The notes under the pieces: generated by a model | What the model saw: only the letters and a program-made list of their open reading frames with translations | The model's database searches: none | What the model was told of the DNA's origin: nothing | Source of the DNA: Octopus bimaculoides | Taxonomy: Eukaryota | DNA: 34,464 bases | Reading direction: 5' to 3' | NCBI RefSeq assembly: GCF_001194135.2 | Contig: NC_069002.1 | Span: forward strand, 22,766,788 to 22,801,251 | Position numbers and translations under genes: made by a program | Shown here: positions 22,147-34,338 of the stretch, piece by piece | Numbering within the stretch: position 1 is the first letter of the stretch | Layout of the letters: each line of letters begins with the position of its first letter

Positions 22147-22839
22147 GTAAGTATGGTTACCTTATTTCTTGTTATTGCCTTTGTTAATTGCATTAACTGT
22201 AAAAGATGACAGAATCGATAGCTTGCCAATCTATCAACTCCTCTCTGATGAAGGTTTTAGACCAGAATGTTAGACATCTGTTCCTCATAGCAAAATAATT
22301 CATTCTTCTTCACAAATGTTGTTTGCACTTACTATTTGCTCACAAATACTATCAGCTACTATACTACAGATGTAGAATAATATCTGAGAATACAAACCTT
22401 TACTTCCCTGTTTTGATCTTTTATAAAAATTCATATGGAAGTGTTCTCTATCTCCTCTGTGAATCTGATATGTTTTTACAGAGAGTTGGAATTTCACTTA
22501 GTCCTGCATCTGAATATATGTGTTGCAGTTAGAAAGGGGCTTTAAAAGGGATTTTCTTTAGCTCATTGTATATGTTATCCATACTGCCACCATTCTCTAC
22601 ATCAACTCTTTTAAAAAGCAGAATTTGTGATTAAGATGGCATCTAGCATTGTTTCTTTTGATACATTTGTGCAAGGATTGGTATATAGTGTGTCTAATTC
22701 CCTTTTAAATAATTAGAATTTGGGTTCTTATATTTTGAAGAAAATTGTAGCTAGCTGTAATCATGTTTTTATCAAAAAAATTTACTATACAAGGTGGGGA
22801 AATACTTTCTTTTTAAGGTTAAGCAGCATCTGGCATAGT

Positions 22840-23064
22840 TTAACTCTTTAGCATTTAAACTAACCATATCCAGTGAAAGTATTCTTGTTTTATGTCCAAA
22901 CTGGCCATACCCAGCCTCTCACATCTACCCTACAGTGTTACTCTGAAAAATATAGTCACACAATTGAAATCTCAAAATCTACAAGATAATACTGGATAAA
23001 TTCAAAACAATGTGGATAAATACATGTTAAATTTGATAAAATAATCTGAATGGTAAAGGGTTAA
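22840..23064. mobile_element. piggyBac-type MITE
   Basis: Left TTAA-CTCTTTAGCATT and right AATGGTAAAGGG-TTAA are imperfect 12-bp TIRs with flanking TTAA; non-coding interior of about 217 bp. Confidence 0.75.
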
Positions 23065-23623
23065 AATATAGGGTCTTTGAACCATGTGACATTCTTGCAT
23101 CTTGGCTTGTAAGGTCTAATAGCTGTGGTTCTATGAACTTAATTCTATCACATAAACCACTCCTTCTTAATACTTTATTATAATGAAGAGTGGCTTTATC
23201 AAATATGTCTTTGAATTGTTTGAAAACAAACTGGATATATGACTACTTATGTTATTTACAACATGTTTAATTATGGTTAGAGCCTTTGTTGAAGTAAATG
23301 ATGGTTTCCTTATTTTGTTTGTAATATCGATAGTGTGTGTGTGTTGAGTTGTGCCACCTGGATGCAAGTCAGGACTTGAACAATCCCAGCTTGGTGGTCT
23401 GAGTGAAAATACGTCAGAAGCCATGATTGAGTGAAAGAGCTCAAATCTTGATGATGTTTCCAGGTATATTTCAAGATGGTACAGGTGAATGTTAAAGAAA
23501 TTAGCACCTGATATCTTGAAAAAGAAAAAAAGAAAACAGGTTAAAAAAGTTGAATATTTGTTGTTACTGTTGTTATTTTGCTACTTTTAATATTAATTAA
23601 TTAATTGATCTATTATTTTACAG

Positions 23624-23758
23624 CCCTGTCCAAGACATCATGGTTCGAACAAAGAGAAACAAGGTTCACAAATCTCTCTGCCACAAGCCAGCAGTAAACC
23701 TTTGCAGAAAACATGGAACTCTGTTAAATCAGCAGTTGAAAATGTAAAACCGAAAAAG
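23624..23758 (+). CDS. INPP5F: INPP5F/SAC2 internal coding exon (equivalent to exon 4), phase 0 to 0
   Basis: Acceptor tattattttacag, donor AAG|gtaggc, 135 nt, only phase 0 open: PCPRHHGSNKEKQGSQISLPQASSKPLQKTWNSVKSAVENVKPKK. Resembles recalled human LCKKHH...LLKTFTHIKSNVSAPNKKK. Confidence 0.85.
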
Positions 23759-24214
23759 GTAGGCATGATGTTTTCCTCTCTGGTACTCTATACATTGTGC
23801 TTACATATATATTTGTATATGTATGTATATGTTTTATATAGTACATAAGATACAGAAGGGCCACTTAAGTTTCATGTAGATGTAGACTGACTGTACTCCT
23901 GATTATAATTGTTGGCTACATCAGCAATTTATCTGGTTAAAAAACAAAGCAGTATGGCTACCAAGTAGGTGTGTGATTGATCAGTAAAAAACAAGAATGG
24001 GGTACTGGAGAAATTGCGTAAATGTATGATGGATGATTGTTCAGTATTTTGAAAATCAAGTGCCTTGAATTTCTTATGTGTGACAAATATTTATAAAAGA
24101 TTAGAATGAAATGTGAATCTACACATACTCTCACACACATATATCCATGTATGTGTATGGCATCAGGTACTACTGAGTCTTATCAAAAGTGAAGATAGAA
24201 GTGAATGAAATAGA

Positions 24215-24448
24215 TTTGTGTTCAGTTCTATATTTAAGAGATGAGGAATTATGTATATTATTTACATTATTTACAATTGATGGATATTTGTCCTCATCTT
24301 GTTTGTTGTTAACACAACGTTTTGGCTGATATACTTACCAGCCTTCATCAGGTGTCTTGGGGAAATTTTGAACCTGGGTTCTCATTCCTAAGGTATTTTT
24401 TGATGTTGTTGTTGTTGTTATTATTATTATTATTATCATTATTATTAA

Positions 24449-24504
<56 letters not shown>

Positions 24505-24545
24505 CGGTCACTGCCTGGAATCGAACTCAAAATCTATGCCCGTGG
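24215..24545 (-). mobile_element. Composite repeat: tRNA-type B box + (AAT)n + hammerhead-bearing tail
   Basis: Minus strand order: GAGTTCGATTCC B box (about 24528-24517), about 100 nt of (AAT/AAC)n, then the hammerhead motif at 24356-24311. Boundaries approximate. Confidence 0.5.
24311..24356 (-). ncRNA. Minimal type I hammerhead ribozyme motif with G12 to A change (probably inactive)
   Basis: Minus strand: GACAC-CUGAUGA-A-GGCUG(10 nt)CAGCC-AAAA-CG-UU-GUGUU; stems I and II pair, with palindromic ACGU stem III. Confidence 0.65.
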
Positions 24546-25455
24546 GCATTTGTGTTATAGTGGAGGTTGTTGAATGACATTTAAATCAGAGGTTAGTCAA
24601 GGGATGGTGGAATTATCCACTAGACTTGAATATATTTATCTGTATGAGTGCAATATCTAAGTATTTCATTCTTAGCGTTCAGGCATTTCTCAGAGTTACA
24701 TACTGTTTAAAATGCATACTGTTTCTATTGAGCAAATCTTACATTTTCTTGACCTAATGATATGTGGCCTTGATCTTTCAAGGACACTCCATCTGATGGT
24801 GTCGTCAGTGTCCTATTCTCTGTTTCTAACTGAAGCTGATTAGCACCATGGAATTTCCATTGTTAATGTGTCTGAAGAATGTGCTGTACTAATTAAAGCC
24901 TTTCTTTAAATTTACTTTCAGTCATACCTATGTAATATTACTTTTCAACTGTCTGATTTGGTTGGGTGGGGTAGCTTAAGATTTATTTACTACTAATTTG
25001 AAATTGTCTTCCTGATCTAACGAGCAAATTTACTTTTTCCTTTATGAACCACAGTAATTGTCTTGTTTGATAGACTTGTTGAGTGTATGTACCTTTATGT
25101 ACCTTCTCGTTGGAAGTAAAACTATAACTGATTTTTGTAGATCAACTTTACAAAAATTTCCTGTGTCAATGATTATCTTGGAGAAGCTTTTCAAAAAGGC
25201 CAAGGCCATATATATATATATTGGTCTTAATATTTAAATAAAAAGCCAGTGTGAATCAGATGACCTATCTGAGTTTTTTCTTAGATAAGCGGGGTTGAAT
25301 ATCTGAGATATAGAATAATTTCTTCCTGATGCTGCTGTTTGCTAGGGCCTTATAGAAGAAACAAACTAGTCTACCAAAAATTTTATTAGATGAAGAATAA
25401 TCAGAGACTCTACTACTAATATTAAAGATAAGGTTTAAATAAAATGGGGCAGGTG

Positions 25456-25456
<1 letters not shown>

Positions 25457-25531
<75 letters not shown>

Positions 25532-25556
25532 TATATATATGTGTGTGTGTGTGTGT
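25457..25556. repeat. (TA)n/(TG)n microsatellite, representative of many
   Basis: Direct reading. Others include (CA)n 2930-2996, 7626-7681 and 29885-29935; (TG)n 18966-19006; (ATC/ATT)n 21874-21970; (ATT)n 24419-24502; poly-A of 34 nt at 11346-11379. Confidence 0.95.
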
Positions 25557-26282
25557 AATGTGTAGCATTGAATGGAGGAATGGGTGATAAATTTAAATGT
25601 TACAAAACCTAACTATGAGGAAAATAAGAATGTAAACACATTTGCTCTATGCTTTTGATGTGTGGGAAAAGAGATGGAAATCTCTTGATGAAATGTTTTA
25701 TGGTTTATTGAGCACTCCTCTGAGAAGATATATCTGGTTCATTTTCTCTAATCAATAACATTGAATATTCAACTAGAGTTGTCATAAATTAGGCTAACAC
25801 TATAGTAGATAGCTTAATTTACATATCTATGTCTTGGATGGCACAGTATTAATCAAACAATACATATTCTATACACAACACAGCGTCAATAAAATACATA
25901 AATGGAATGTAGTTACATTATTATTTGATTCACAGCAAGGCTTCGTAATACTTAAAAATGTATTTTCAGTTCTTCTGATTCACTCTGTGTTGTACATAAA
26001 ATATATATTGTTTGATTAATAATGTAAAAAGTACAAAGAGGCAAATTAAGTTTTCAGCCACAGTGATAACCTAATTTACAACTGCTTGATATCAACAGAA
26101 TATTTTATTGTATTAATTAGCAAAGGAAACATGGTTTGTTTTCTCAGAGGAGTGGCCAACAAACTGGGATAGGCTCCTATTATTTTCCTGCACATCAAAA
26201 GCATAGAAGGAACACATTTTTGTATTTATTTCACCCACAGCTAGACTTTCAAAGATGTATGTGTGTGTGTGTGTGTGTGTGC

Positions 26283-26687
26283 AGAAATGGCTGTATGGTT
26301 AAGATGTTTGCTTCTGAACCATGTGGATGGAGGTTCACTTCCACTCCTGTTGTCCTCTGATTTTAGAATCAAGTTATTATCTTGTGAGTGAAATTTGGGA
26401 GAAAAGAACTAGAAAAAAGCTCATTTTGTGTGTGTGTGTGTACCCCCCTGTCTTGACATGTTTGCATTGGTTGTAAGCTGAGCATCATTGTTCATATCAA
26501 TGGTGTTGTTTGTTTTTCTGTTCTCGGGAGAAGAGATCTTTGTTTCTTGATAGGTTGGGCAAATGGTTGGAAACAGGTGAGGGTTGGCAACAGGAAAGAC
26601 ATCCAGCTGTAGTAAATTTTGCTTCAACAAAGTCTTATCTGCCCCATACAAGCATGGTAAAGTAAGCATTAGAATGATTGATGATGA

Positions 26688-26690
<3 letters not shown>
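26283..26690 (+). mobile_element. SINE with tRNA head and RTE-like tail
   Basis: Head atggctgtatggttaagatgtttgc, (TG)n, tail gacatccagctgtag...gatgatg. A minus-strand tail copy follows at about 26795-26915. Confidence 0.6.
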
Positions 26691-26724
<34 letters not shown>

Positions 26725-28861
26725 CACACACACACACACATGTGCGTGCGCATGTACATAAAGTGCACTCATACATGCATACATTCATTTGTTCCATCAT
26801 TTAACATCTGTTTTTTCCATGTTAGTATGGGTTTGGATGGAAAGTTTTTCAAGGTAGGATTTTATGGCTGGATGCTCTTCCTGTCACCGACCCTTACCTG
26901 TGTACAAGTCAAGGATTTTTTGTTTTATTTTTGATGTTTTGGAATGCATGACATACGTGTGTGTTTTAGCATGCCTGTGTTTCTTAGTGTGTATAACTTA
27001 TTGTGAAAACAGGGTGATGTTGGATTACAAGGCTAATGATATTGGGTTCAAATCCTCTGCAGGCAATTTGTGTGTGTGTGTGTGTGAATACACTTACTTC
27101 TTTATTGTTTCATTTTACCTACATTGTTGCAGTTAGTTATTAAATAATCTACGATGTTGTATTAGATGGAATGGTACCCTAATAAGGGATATTTTGAGGT
27201 TTATCCCTGATGGTTGCTTAATCCTGTGGACCTGGTGTTAACCACCAACCTTTGTGAATGCCTTTGGGCTGCTTGAAACACATACGGTAGTATTGCAGTT
27301 TCATATTTGAACAAAACTGTCAAAGAAGGTGGTGCTGTGTTGTACAGAATGGCGGCAGCAGCAGCATCAAAGCAGTTATTGAATCTTCTAGATTATCTCT
27401 TCCAAACCCTTTGGTCTCTTCTAATGTTATTTGTCAGAATCTTTATTCAATAGAGTCTGCTACTTTATTGCCAATAACTTTGATAATATTGGCCTCCTCA
27501 GTCCTGTCTTTGTTATTATCATGAATGGAAGATGGCTTGTGCGTGTGTATATAGATGGTGTATGTGTGACAGGGTATGTTTGGATTGATATGAGTATGTG
27601 TGGGTGTTTCTGTGGATGGATGCATGTATATGTATCTCTGGATGGGTTTCTAAGTGAGTAGGTGTGTGTGTGTGTGTGTTAATGTGTTAAAAAGTGTTGT
27701 AGGAAGTATTATAACAACATCAAAACAATAACAACAATTTTTGTTTGTTTGTTTCTATCTGAAAGAACTGAATTGTCGTAACTAAAAAGAGCTAATATCT
27801 TGAAATTATTAATCTGATACTTTGTTGTATGATGAAGATTGACTTATTCTGGAGTTCAGACAAAATTGCTTTCTATCTGAGAATATTTGCTAATTAAGAG
27901 AGATTTGCAATTATGGTGGATGATTTATGGGTGGATGGGGGAAGGGGCAAGAATGATATAAACAACAACAAAAATAAACAAATAAAAATATAACACAGTA
28001 GGTGCAAAGCAATAAAAAAAACAAAATATATAATTTATTACTTTATAATTTTCATCCGCTTCTAAATAGCATCTGAATGTGTGTGTGTGTGTGTGTGTGG
28101 GGGGGTGTATATAGGAGGAAAGAAGGAAGGAAGAATAACGTAACTTCACTTTGGGAGGTGGCGTTTCTGACATTTTGGACAGAATTCCTCCTTCAGGTTT
28201 GAAATAAAAGACAAGAAAGAAAAGGAAACACCCGAGAAACTGATTGGGAAGACGAGAAACTGATTGGGAAGACAAAACAAGATGAAAGCATTATGTTTGG
28301 AGAAATAGTAGTGAGAAAGAAATAAAAGGAGGGCAAGGATGAGGGGTGTAGGGAAAATTGGAGAGAGAGAGAAGAGATAAAGGATAAAGCAGAAATGACT
28401 GTTGTAAGAGTGGGTGAAGGAGTAAAGAAAGAAACGTTTATTTCAACTCAATCAGTGATATGGTTTCAAGTTTGACAGCAATATGTTGTTTCTTTTATTT
28501 TTTTGTGTGAAGATCTGTGGCATAAAGACTTCTAAAGACACTAAACAATAGACGGTGGTAGAGAGGTTCATTGTGTTGAGGGGTAGAATACTACGTATGT
28601 AGGAATAATTTCAAGAAGTTGTTTGGGAGAAGAGGTTAATAGGAAGGAGAGATAGTTAACAATATGAATTAGTGATATAAGAGTGTCAACATGTCTTCTC
28701 CTCACATCTTTTACTACTGTTCACTTTTGATGCCATGTAAAACTTAACAGTTACGTTCCTTGCTGTTGAAGGTTGTGGACTTTCTAACTCTGACAGTTTT
28801 GTCTTCTGTGTTTCTTTTATTTTTCTGCTGTAATAGTTGCATGCCTAGACCTAGCTTAGTG

Positions 28862-29170
28862 AGAAAGGGTATTTGGCTCCCAGTCGTAAGGTTATGAGTT
28901 CGGTTCCCAGTGGTGTGTTATGTCCTTGAGCAAGACACTTTATTTCACATTGCTCCAGTCCACTCAGCTAGTACAAAATGAGTAGTACCTGTAATCCAAA
29001 AGGGCCAGCCTTGTTACATTTGATGTGTCATGCTGAATCTCCCTAAGAACTATATTAAGGGTATGCATGTCAGCGGAGTTCTCAGCCACTTGCACATTAA
29101 TTTCAAGAGTAGGCCATTCTGTTGATTGAATCAACTGGAACACTGGTTGTCATATGTAACAGAGAACCCT
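28862..29170 (+). mobile_element. tRNA-derived SINE, family C
   Basis: B-box-like gagttcggttccc, then tgtccttgagcaagacacttt and ctccagtccactcagct motifs typical of conserved SINE central domains (from memory); single copy in the window. Confidence 0.5.
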
Positions 29171-29740
29171 GTGTAGGCCTGGCCAAATGGTAAACAAGTT
29201 GAGTTTGTAATCCTGAGGTCCCATGTTTGAGGTTTGACTGCAACGCATATTGAGCAAATGTCTTTTACCATTTTCTGGCTTTAATCCAAGCTTTGTAACT
29301 GAAATTGTGTTGACAGAAACTGTATGAGATCTCTCAATTGAATTGTGTTTGGAAATGAAAGAGACATTCTTGTCATATACCGTGCCACTCTAATTCTACA
29401 TGGGGATTAGATTAATGGTGAATATGTCTTTGGAATACTCAGTCACTTATAATACAAAGATTAGGTGTTTCAATTAACCAAATTGGATCATGATCTTTCA
29501 TTGTCAAGACCAACAGCAGATCCATTTAAATTCATTGTAATGATAATCTGAGAGATGGGCACTGGTGCATTACCGATGGATTATAGATTAGTCAATGGTG
29601 CACAGCTCAGATGTTAGTGTTCAATATCTTTTCTCATAATTTGAAGTTGGTAGAAGTGTTGCAGCTGAACACAAAATGTAATACATTTCAGAGAATAACA
29701 GATTCCTTGAGTTTACTAACAGAATGAAGTATAGAACATG

Positions 29741-29883
29741 CAGGCATGTCTGTGTGGTAAGAAGCATACTTCCCAACCACCTGGTTCTGGGTTCAGTCCC
29801 ACTGTGTGGAACCTTGGGTAAGTGTCTTCGGCTGACCAAAGCCTTGTGAATGGATTTGGTAGATGGAAACTGAAAGAATCTTG

Positions 29884-29935
<52 letters not shown>

Positions 29936-30903
29936 NNNNNNNNNNNNNNNNNNNNNNNNNNNNNNNNNNNNNNNNNNNNNNNNNNNNNNNNNNNNNNNNN
30001 NNNNNNNNNNNNNNNNNNNNNNNNNNNNNNNNNNNNNNNNNNNNNNNNNNNNNNNNNNNNNNNNNNNNNNNNNNNNNNNNNNNNNNNNNNNNNNNNNNNN
30101 NNNNNNNNNNNNNNNNNNNNNNNNNNNNNNNNNNNNNNNNNNNNNNNNNNNNNNNNNNNNNNNNNNNNNNNNNNNNNNNNNNNNNNNNNNNNNNNNNNNN
30201 NNNNNNNNNNNNNNNNNNNNNNNNNNNNNNNNNNNNNNNNNNNNNNNNNNNNNNNNNNNNNNNNNNNNNNNNNNNNNNNNNNNNNNNNNNNNNNNNNNNN
30301 NNNNNNNNNNNNNNNNNNNNNNNNNNNNNNNNNNNNNNNNNNNNNNNNNNNNNNNNNNNNNNNNNNNNNNNNNNNNNNNNNNNNNNNNNNNNNNNNNNNN
30401 NNNNNNNNNNNNNNNNNNNNNNNNNNNNNNNNNNNNNNNNNNNNNNNNNNNNNNNNNNNNNNNNNNNNNNNNNNNNNNNNNNNNNNNNNNNNNNNNNNNN
30501 NNNNNNNNNNNNNNNNNNNNNNNNNNNNNNNNNNNNNNNNNNNNNNNNNNNNNNNNNNNNNNNNNNNNNNNNNNNNNNNNNNNNNNNNNNNNNNNNNNNN
30601 NNNNNNNNNNNNNNNNNNNNNNNNNNNNNNNNNNNNNNNNNNNNNNNNNNNNNNNNNNNNNNNNNNNNNNNNNNNNNNNNNNNNNNNNNNNNNNNNNNNN
30701 NNNNNNNNNNNNNNNNNNNNNNNNNNNNNNNNNNNNNNNNNNNNNNNNNNNNNNNNNNNNNNNNNNNNNNNNNNNNNNNNNNATACTAATAGAATAAGTA
30801 CTAGGCTTAAAAAATAAGTCCTGGGGTTGATTTGTTCAACTAAAATCCTTCAAGGTGGTACTCCAGCATGGGCACAGTCAAAACGACTGAAACAAATAAA
30901 AGA
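29741..30903 (+). mobile_element. Family B SINE head and tail flanking the 847-N gap
   Basis: Head 29741-29882 and tail 30783-30903 match the two ends of 33707-34103. Confidence 0.7.
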
Positions 30904-32374
30904 ATCTGTCCAGACACGGCAGCTCACTCTTGCTTGTTCTGTCCACATTCTTTTTGGCAGGTACAAAGCAAATTTTTGCAGAAGGTAGGGAAAAAATTGT
31001 TTGATGAGGACCAAATATATTACTGGTATTGTAGACTCTACGAGAGAAAAATACACTCAATTGGAATCCACCAAATATATTTCTGGTTCAAATAAGCCCT
31101 TTTGTATACAAGTAGGATTATCGAAGTCCTCCTCATGGTCATGTGTGGCTATGTGTATGTGTGATTCATTCTGTTTTTAATTATATGTCATGCCATAAGT
31201 TGTAAAGTTATAATAATTCAATAAATTGGATTTGTTTTCAGCTCTAAACAGCTTGTTACAAAAAAAATAAAAAAATAAAAAAAACAAATAAAAAAAAGGC
31301 AAACAAACCCTATTTTAATAAATCCCTAGCTCAGATATCTTCAGATCATTTCAACAAAGACCTACACTGATACATCAGATCATTTAAACAGTGATGCAGA
31401 CAGACAGACAGACAGAGACGTCGCTATAGCAATAAATTAATGTTCTTAGCATTGGGAAGGTTATAAGCTTCCATTTTATCATTTCTTAGAATTCTAAAGC
31501 TTCCATATCTGGTAAAAACAGTGGGTGAGACCATTCTGTTGAACCTTCTCAAGAATTACCATGATACCATTTCAAACTGCTGTTGGAGTCGAATACATTA
31601 TGAAACGACCGGATATCCTGAAAGAAGCTAATCTTGTTTCAAATTCCAACTACCCATGGATCCTGTCTTATTATTCTAAAGATTGTAGGAATTAGTAAAT
31701 ATTATTGCTAAGAATGAAGTTTAGGTGAATCACCAAACCCAAGCAATCTATATTCCACCCATTTTCAAAAGACAGCCAAATATCTCATAAAAAGACATTC
31801 TCCTTATTAATATCAGCATTACCATTCTGTTGCCAAGAACCATTTCTTCAGATTTGTCACATTTTTGGCAATAATTTCTCTTGGTTTCCATTCTTGGTTT
31901 CCTCTCTCTTAAATGGTAGTGACACCATGTGATGTAGAAACAAGATTTTCTTTTTTTCTCCATTAAAATAATAAGGTCTCAAGTGAAAGACGCAGTGATT
32001 ACCGAAACCAAACTGGTGCATCATCATTATGTCTTCAGATGAAAGAGAAATTTGTAGAACATGAATAGATTTACTATAAATATGTCGATTTCTATTGATT
32101 TCTGTTTTGAGTTTTGAACTGGAAACAAGAGAGAAACCTCATGACCTGTAAACAGACAGTTATTATGTTAGTTTACTTTGAACCTGTCTGTCTGATAATG
32201 GAATAACAGAAAGAACATGGAAAAATTTCTTCAACTCACTAAACTTCTCTTAACAGCCAAAAGTTTTTGATGGTTAGATAGGCTGGTATTTTGGTTTCAA
32301 ATAATTTTATAAATGTTGAAGTCAGTGGAGTGACAGAAGCAGCATTAGAGAGTCATCAATATTAGTCTCATTCT

Positions 32375-33010
32375 AAGACAGCAAACTGGCAGAATCGTCA
32401 GCATGCTGAGTGAAATGCATAGTGGTATTTCGCTTGTCTTTACGTTCTGAGTTCAAATTCTGTTGAGGTTGACTTTGCCTTTCATCCTTTTGGAGCAGAT
32501 AAATTAAGTACCAGTGAAACACTGGGGTCAATGTAATTGACTTGTCCCTTCCCCACAAATTTCAGGCTTTGTGCCTTTAGTAGTAAGAATATTGGTCTCA
32601 TTCTTGAAGGTGGTGAATTGGCAAAATTCTTTGACTCTGCTGGGCAAAATGCTTTACAGCATTTTCTCTGTCTTTATGTTCCGAGTTCAATTGGTGCTGA
32701 GGTTGACTTTGCCCTCCATCGTTTTGGGGTTGATAAAACAAGTACCAGTTGAACACTGGGGTTGATGCAATCAGCTTACCCCTCCCCTAAAATTACAGGC
32801 CTTGTGTCAAAATTTGAAATCAGTTTTTCATTTGGAGAGGCTGGAAGGCTGGCAGAATCATTAGCAGACTGGGTCAAATGCTTTGTGACTTTGCCTTTCA
32901 TCCTTTCAGGGTTAATAAAATAAGTACCAGTTGAGTACTGGGGTCAATGTAATTGAGTTGCCCCTCTCCCTTGAAATTGCTGGCTTTGTGCCAAAATTTG
33001 AAACCAATGT
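32375..33010 (+). mobile_element. Three head-to-tail family A SINE copies
   Basis: Copies start at about 32375, 32607 and 32836; the third lacks about 45 bp including the B box. Confidence 0.85.
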
Positions 33011-33411
33011 TAGTTTCATTCTGGAATCTTCTGAGTTCAAATTACACTGGCAATGGGTTTTTGTCTTGCAAATTTCTCATTTTCTGCCAATTTTCCCTTT
33101 GAATCTGTGCATCAGTGTATAGACTTACTTGCAGACATGTACAAACATGTTTAACAGCTAAGAAAGAAAAAAAAAAAGTGCACACACAAGGTTTTCAGCA
33201 TGAAATTGGATTTCTTTATTGAAGATATTTCAGTGATGGTTTCATGCATGGGTATTGCACAAAGGAAAATTTGCAAATCAGCAAATTTCTGAGTAAAATC
33301 AGCAAAACATTAGAAATGAAATTGCCTTATGTCATTGTATGAAGTCATTATTGTTGTTCTTGTTCTTATTGTTCTAGTTATCATCATCGTCGTCATTGTC
33401 GTCGTTGGTGT

Positions 33412-33445
<34 letters not shown>

Positions 33446-33455
33446 ATTATTCTTT

Positions 33456-33668
33456 AGGCAAAGAGCTGGTTGAATTATTGGCATGCTGGATTAAATGCTT
33501 GAAGGCATTTTGTCTGTCTTTAAACTCTCAGTCCTAATTCTGAAAAGGTTGACTTAACTTTTCTTCCTTTTGGAGTTGATGAAATCAGTACCAGTTGGAC
33601 ACTGGGGCTGATGTAATTGGTTCATCTCTTCCCCCAAAATTGCTGGTCTTGTGCCCAAATGTGGAACC

Positions 33669-33707
<39 letters not shown>
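33456..33707 (+). mobile_element. tRNA-derived SINE, family A (diverged)
   Basis: Colinear with the other copies; long (ATT)n tail. Confidence 0.75.
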
Positions 33708-33708
<1 letters not shown>

Positions 33709-34103
33709 GTGGTTGTGTTGTAAGATGCTTGCTTTCCAACCACATGGTTCCAGATTCAGTCTCACTGCATAGCATCTTGGGCAAGTGTCTTCTACTATAG
33801 CATTGGGCCGACCAAAGCCTTGTGAGTGGATTTGGTAGATAGAAACTGAAAGAAGACCATCATGTATATATATATGTATTTATGTATGTGTGGACGCATG
33901 GATTTGTGTGTTTGTGTTTGTCCCCCAAGAATCGTTTGATAACCGATGTTGGTGTGTTTACGTTCCTGCAACTAAGTGGTTCGGCAATAGAGACTGACAG
34001 ACTAAGTACTAGGCTTACAGAGAATAAGTCCAGGGGTCGATTTGTTCGACTAAAGGTTGTGCTCCAGCATGGCTGCAGTCAAATGACTGAAACAAGCAAA
34101 AGA
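33707..34103 (+). mobile_element. tRNA-derived SINE, family B (full length, internal microsatellite)
   Basis: tRNA-like head (gtgttgtaagatgcttgctttccaaccacatggttccagattcagtc), ttgggcaagtgtcttc core, TA/TG microsatellite, tail ending gactgaaacaagcaaaaga; related copies at 9150-9543 and 29741-30903. Confidence 0.85.
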
Positions 34104-34106
34104 ATT

Positions 34107-34338
34107 AAGGTGGCAAGCCGGCAGAATTGGTAGAATTGCTGGACAGAATGCTTTGTGGTGTTTTGTCTGTCTTAACATTCTGAGTTCAAATTCCGCCGAG
34201 GTTGACTTTTCCTCCTTTTGGGGGGTCGATTAAATAAATACCAGTTATGCACTGGATCAATGTAATCGACTTAATCCTTCCCCAAATTTTGAGGCCTTGT
34301 GCTTCCAGTAGAAAGGATTATTATTATTATTATTATTG
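34107..34338 (+). mobile_element. tRNA-derived SINE, family A
   Basis: Head, gagttcaaattcc B box, core and (ATT)n tail. Confidence 0.85.

Noticed and set aside
22280-22790. Penelope ORF remnant on the minus strand (RELDTLYTN...)
   Set aside because: Only a few residues resemble PLE motifs and the frames are full of stops; not supportable.
24770-24815. Hammerhead (minus CUGACGA ... GAAA)
   Set aside because: The strand complementary to stem I lies before GAAA, so the topology is wrong.
30961-31095. Next INPP5F exon after a strong ttttggcag acceptor
   Set aside because: The translation (VQSKFLQKVGKKLFDEDQIYY...) does not match the expected SAC2 sequence, and the longer frames hit stops.
31470-31960. 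Decayed CR1/L2-type LINE (minus ILEKVQQN)
   Set aside because: A single short motif is too little to call.
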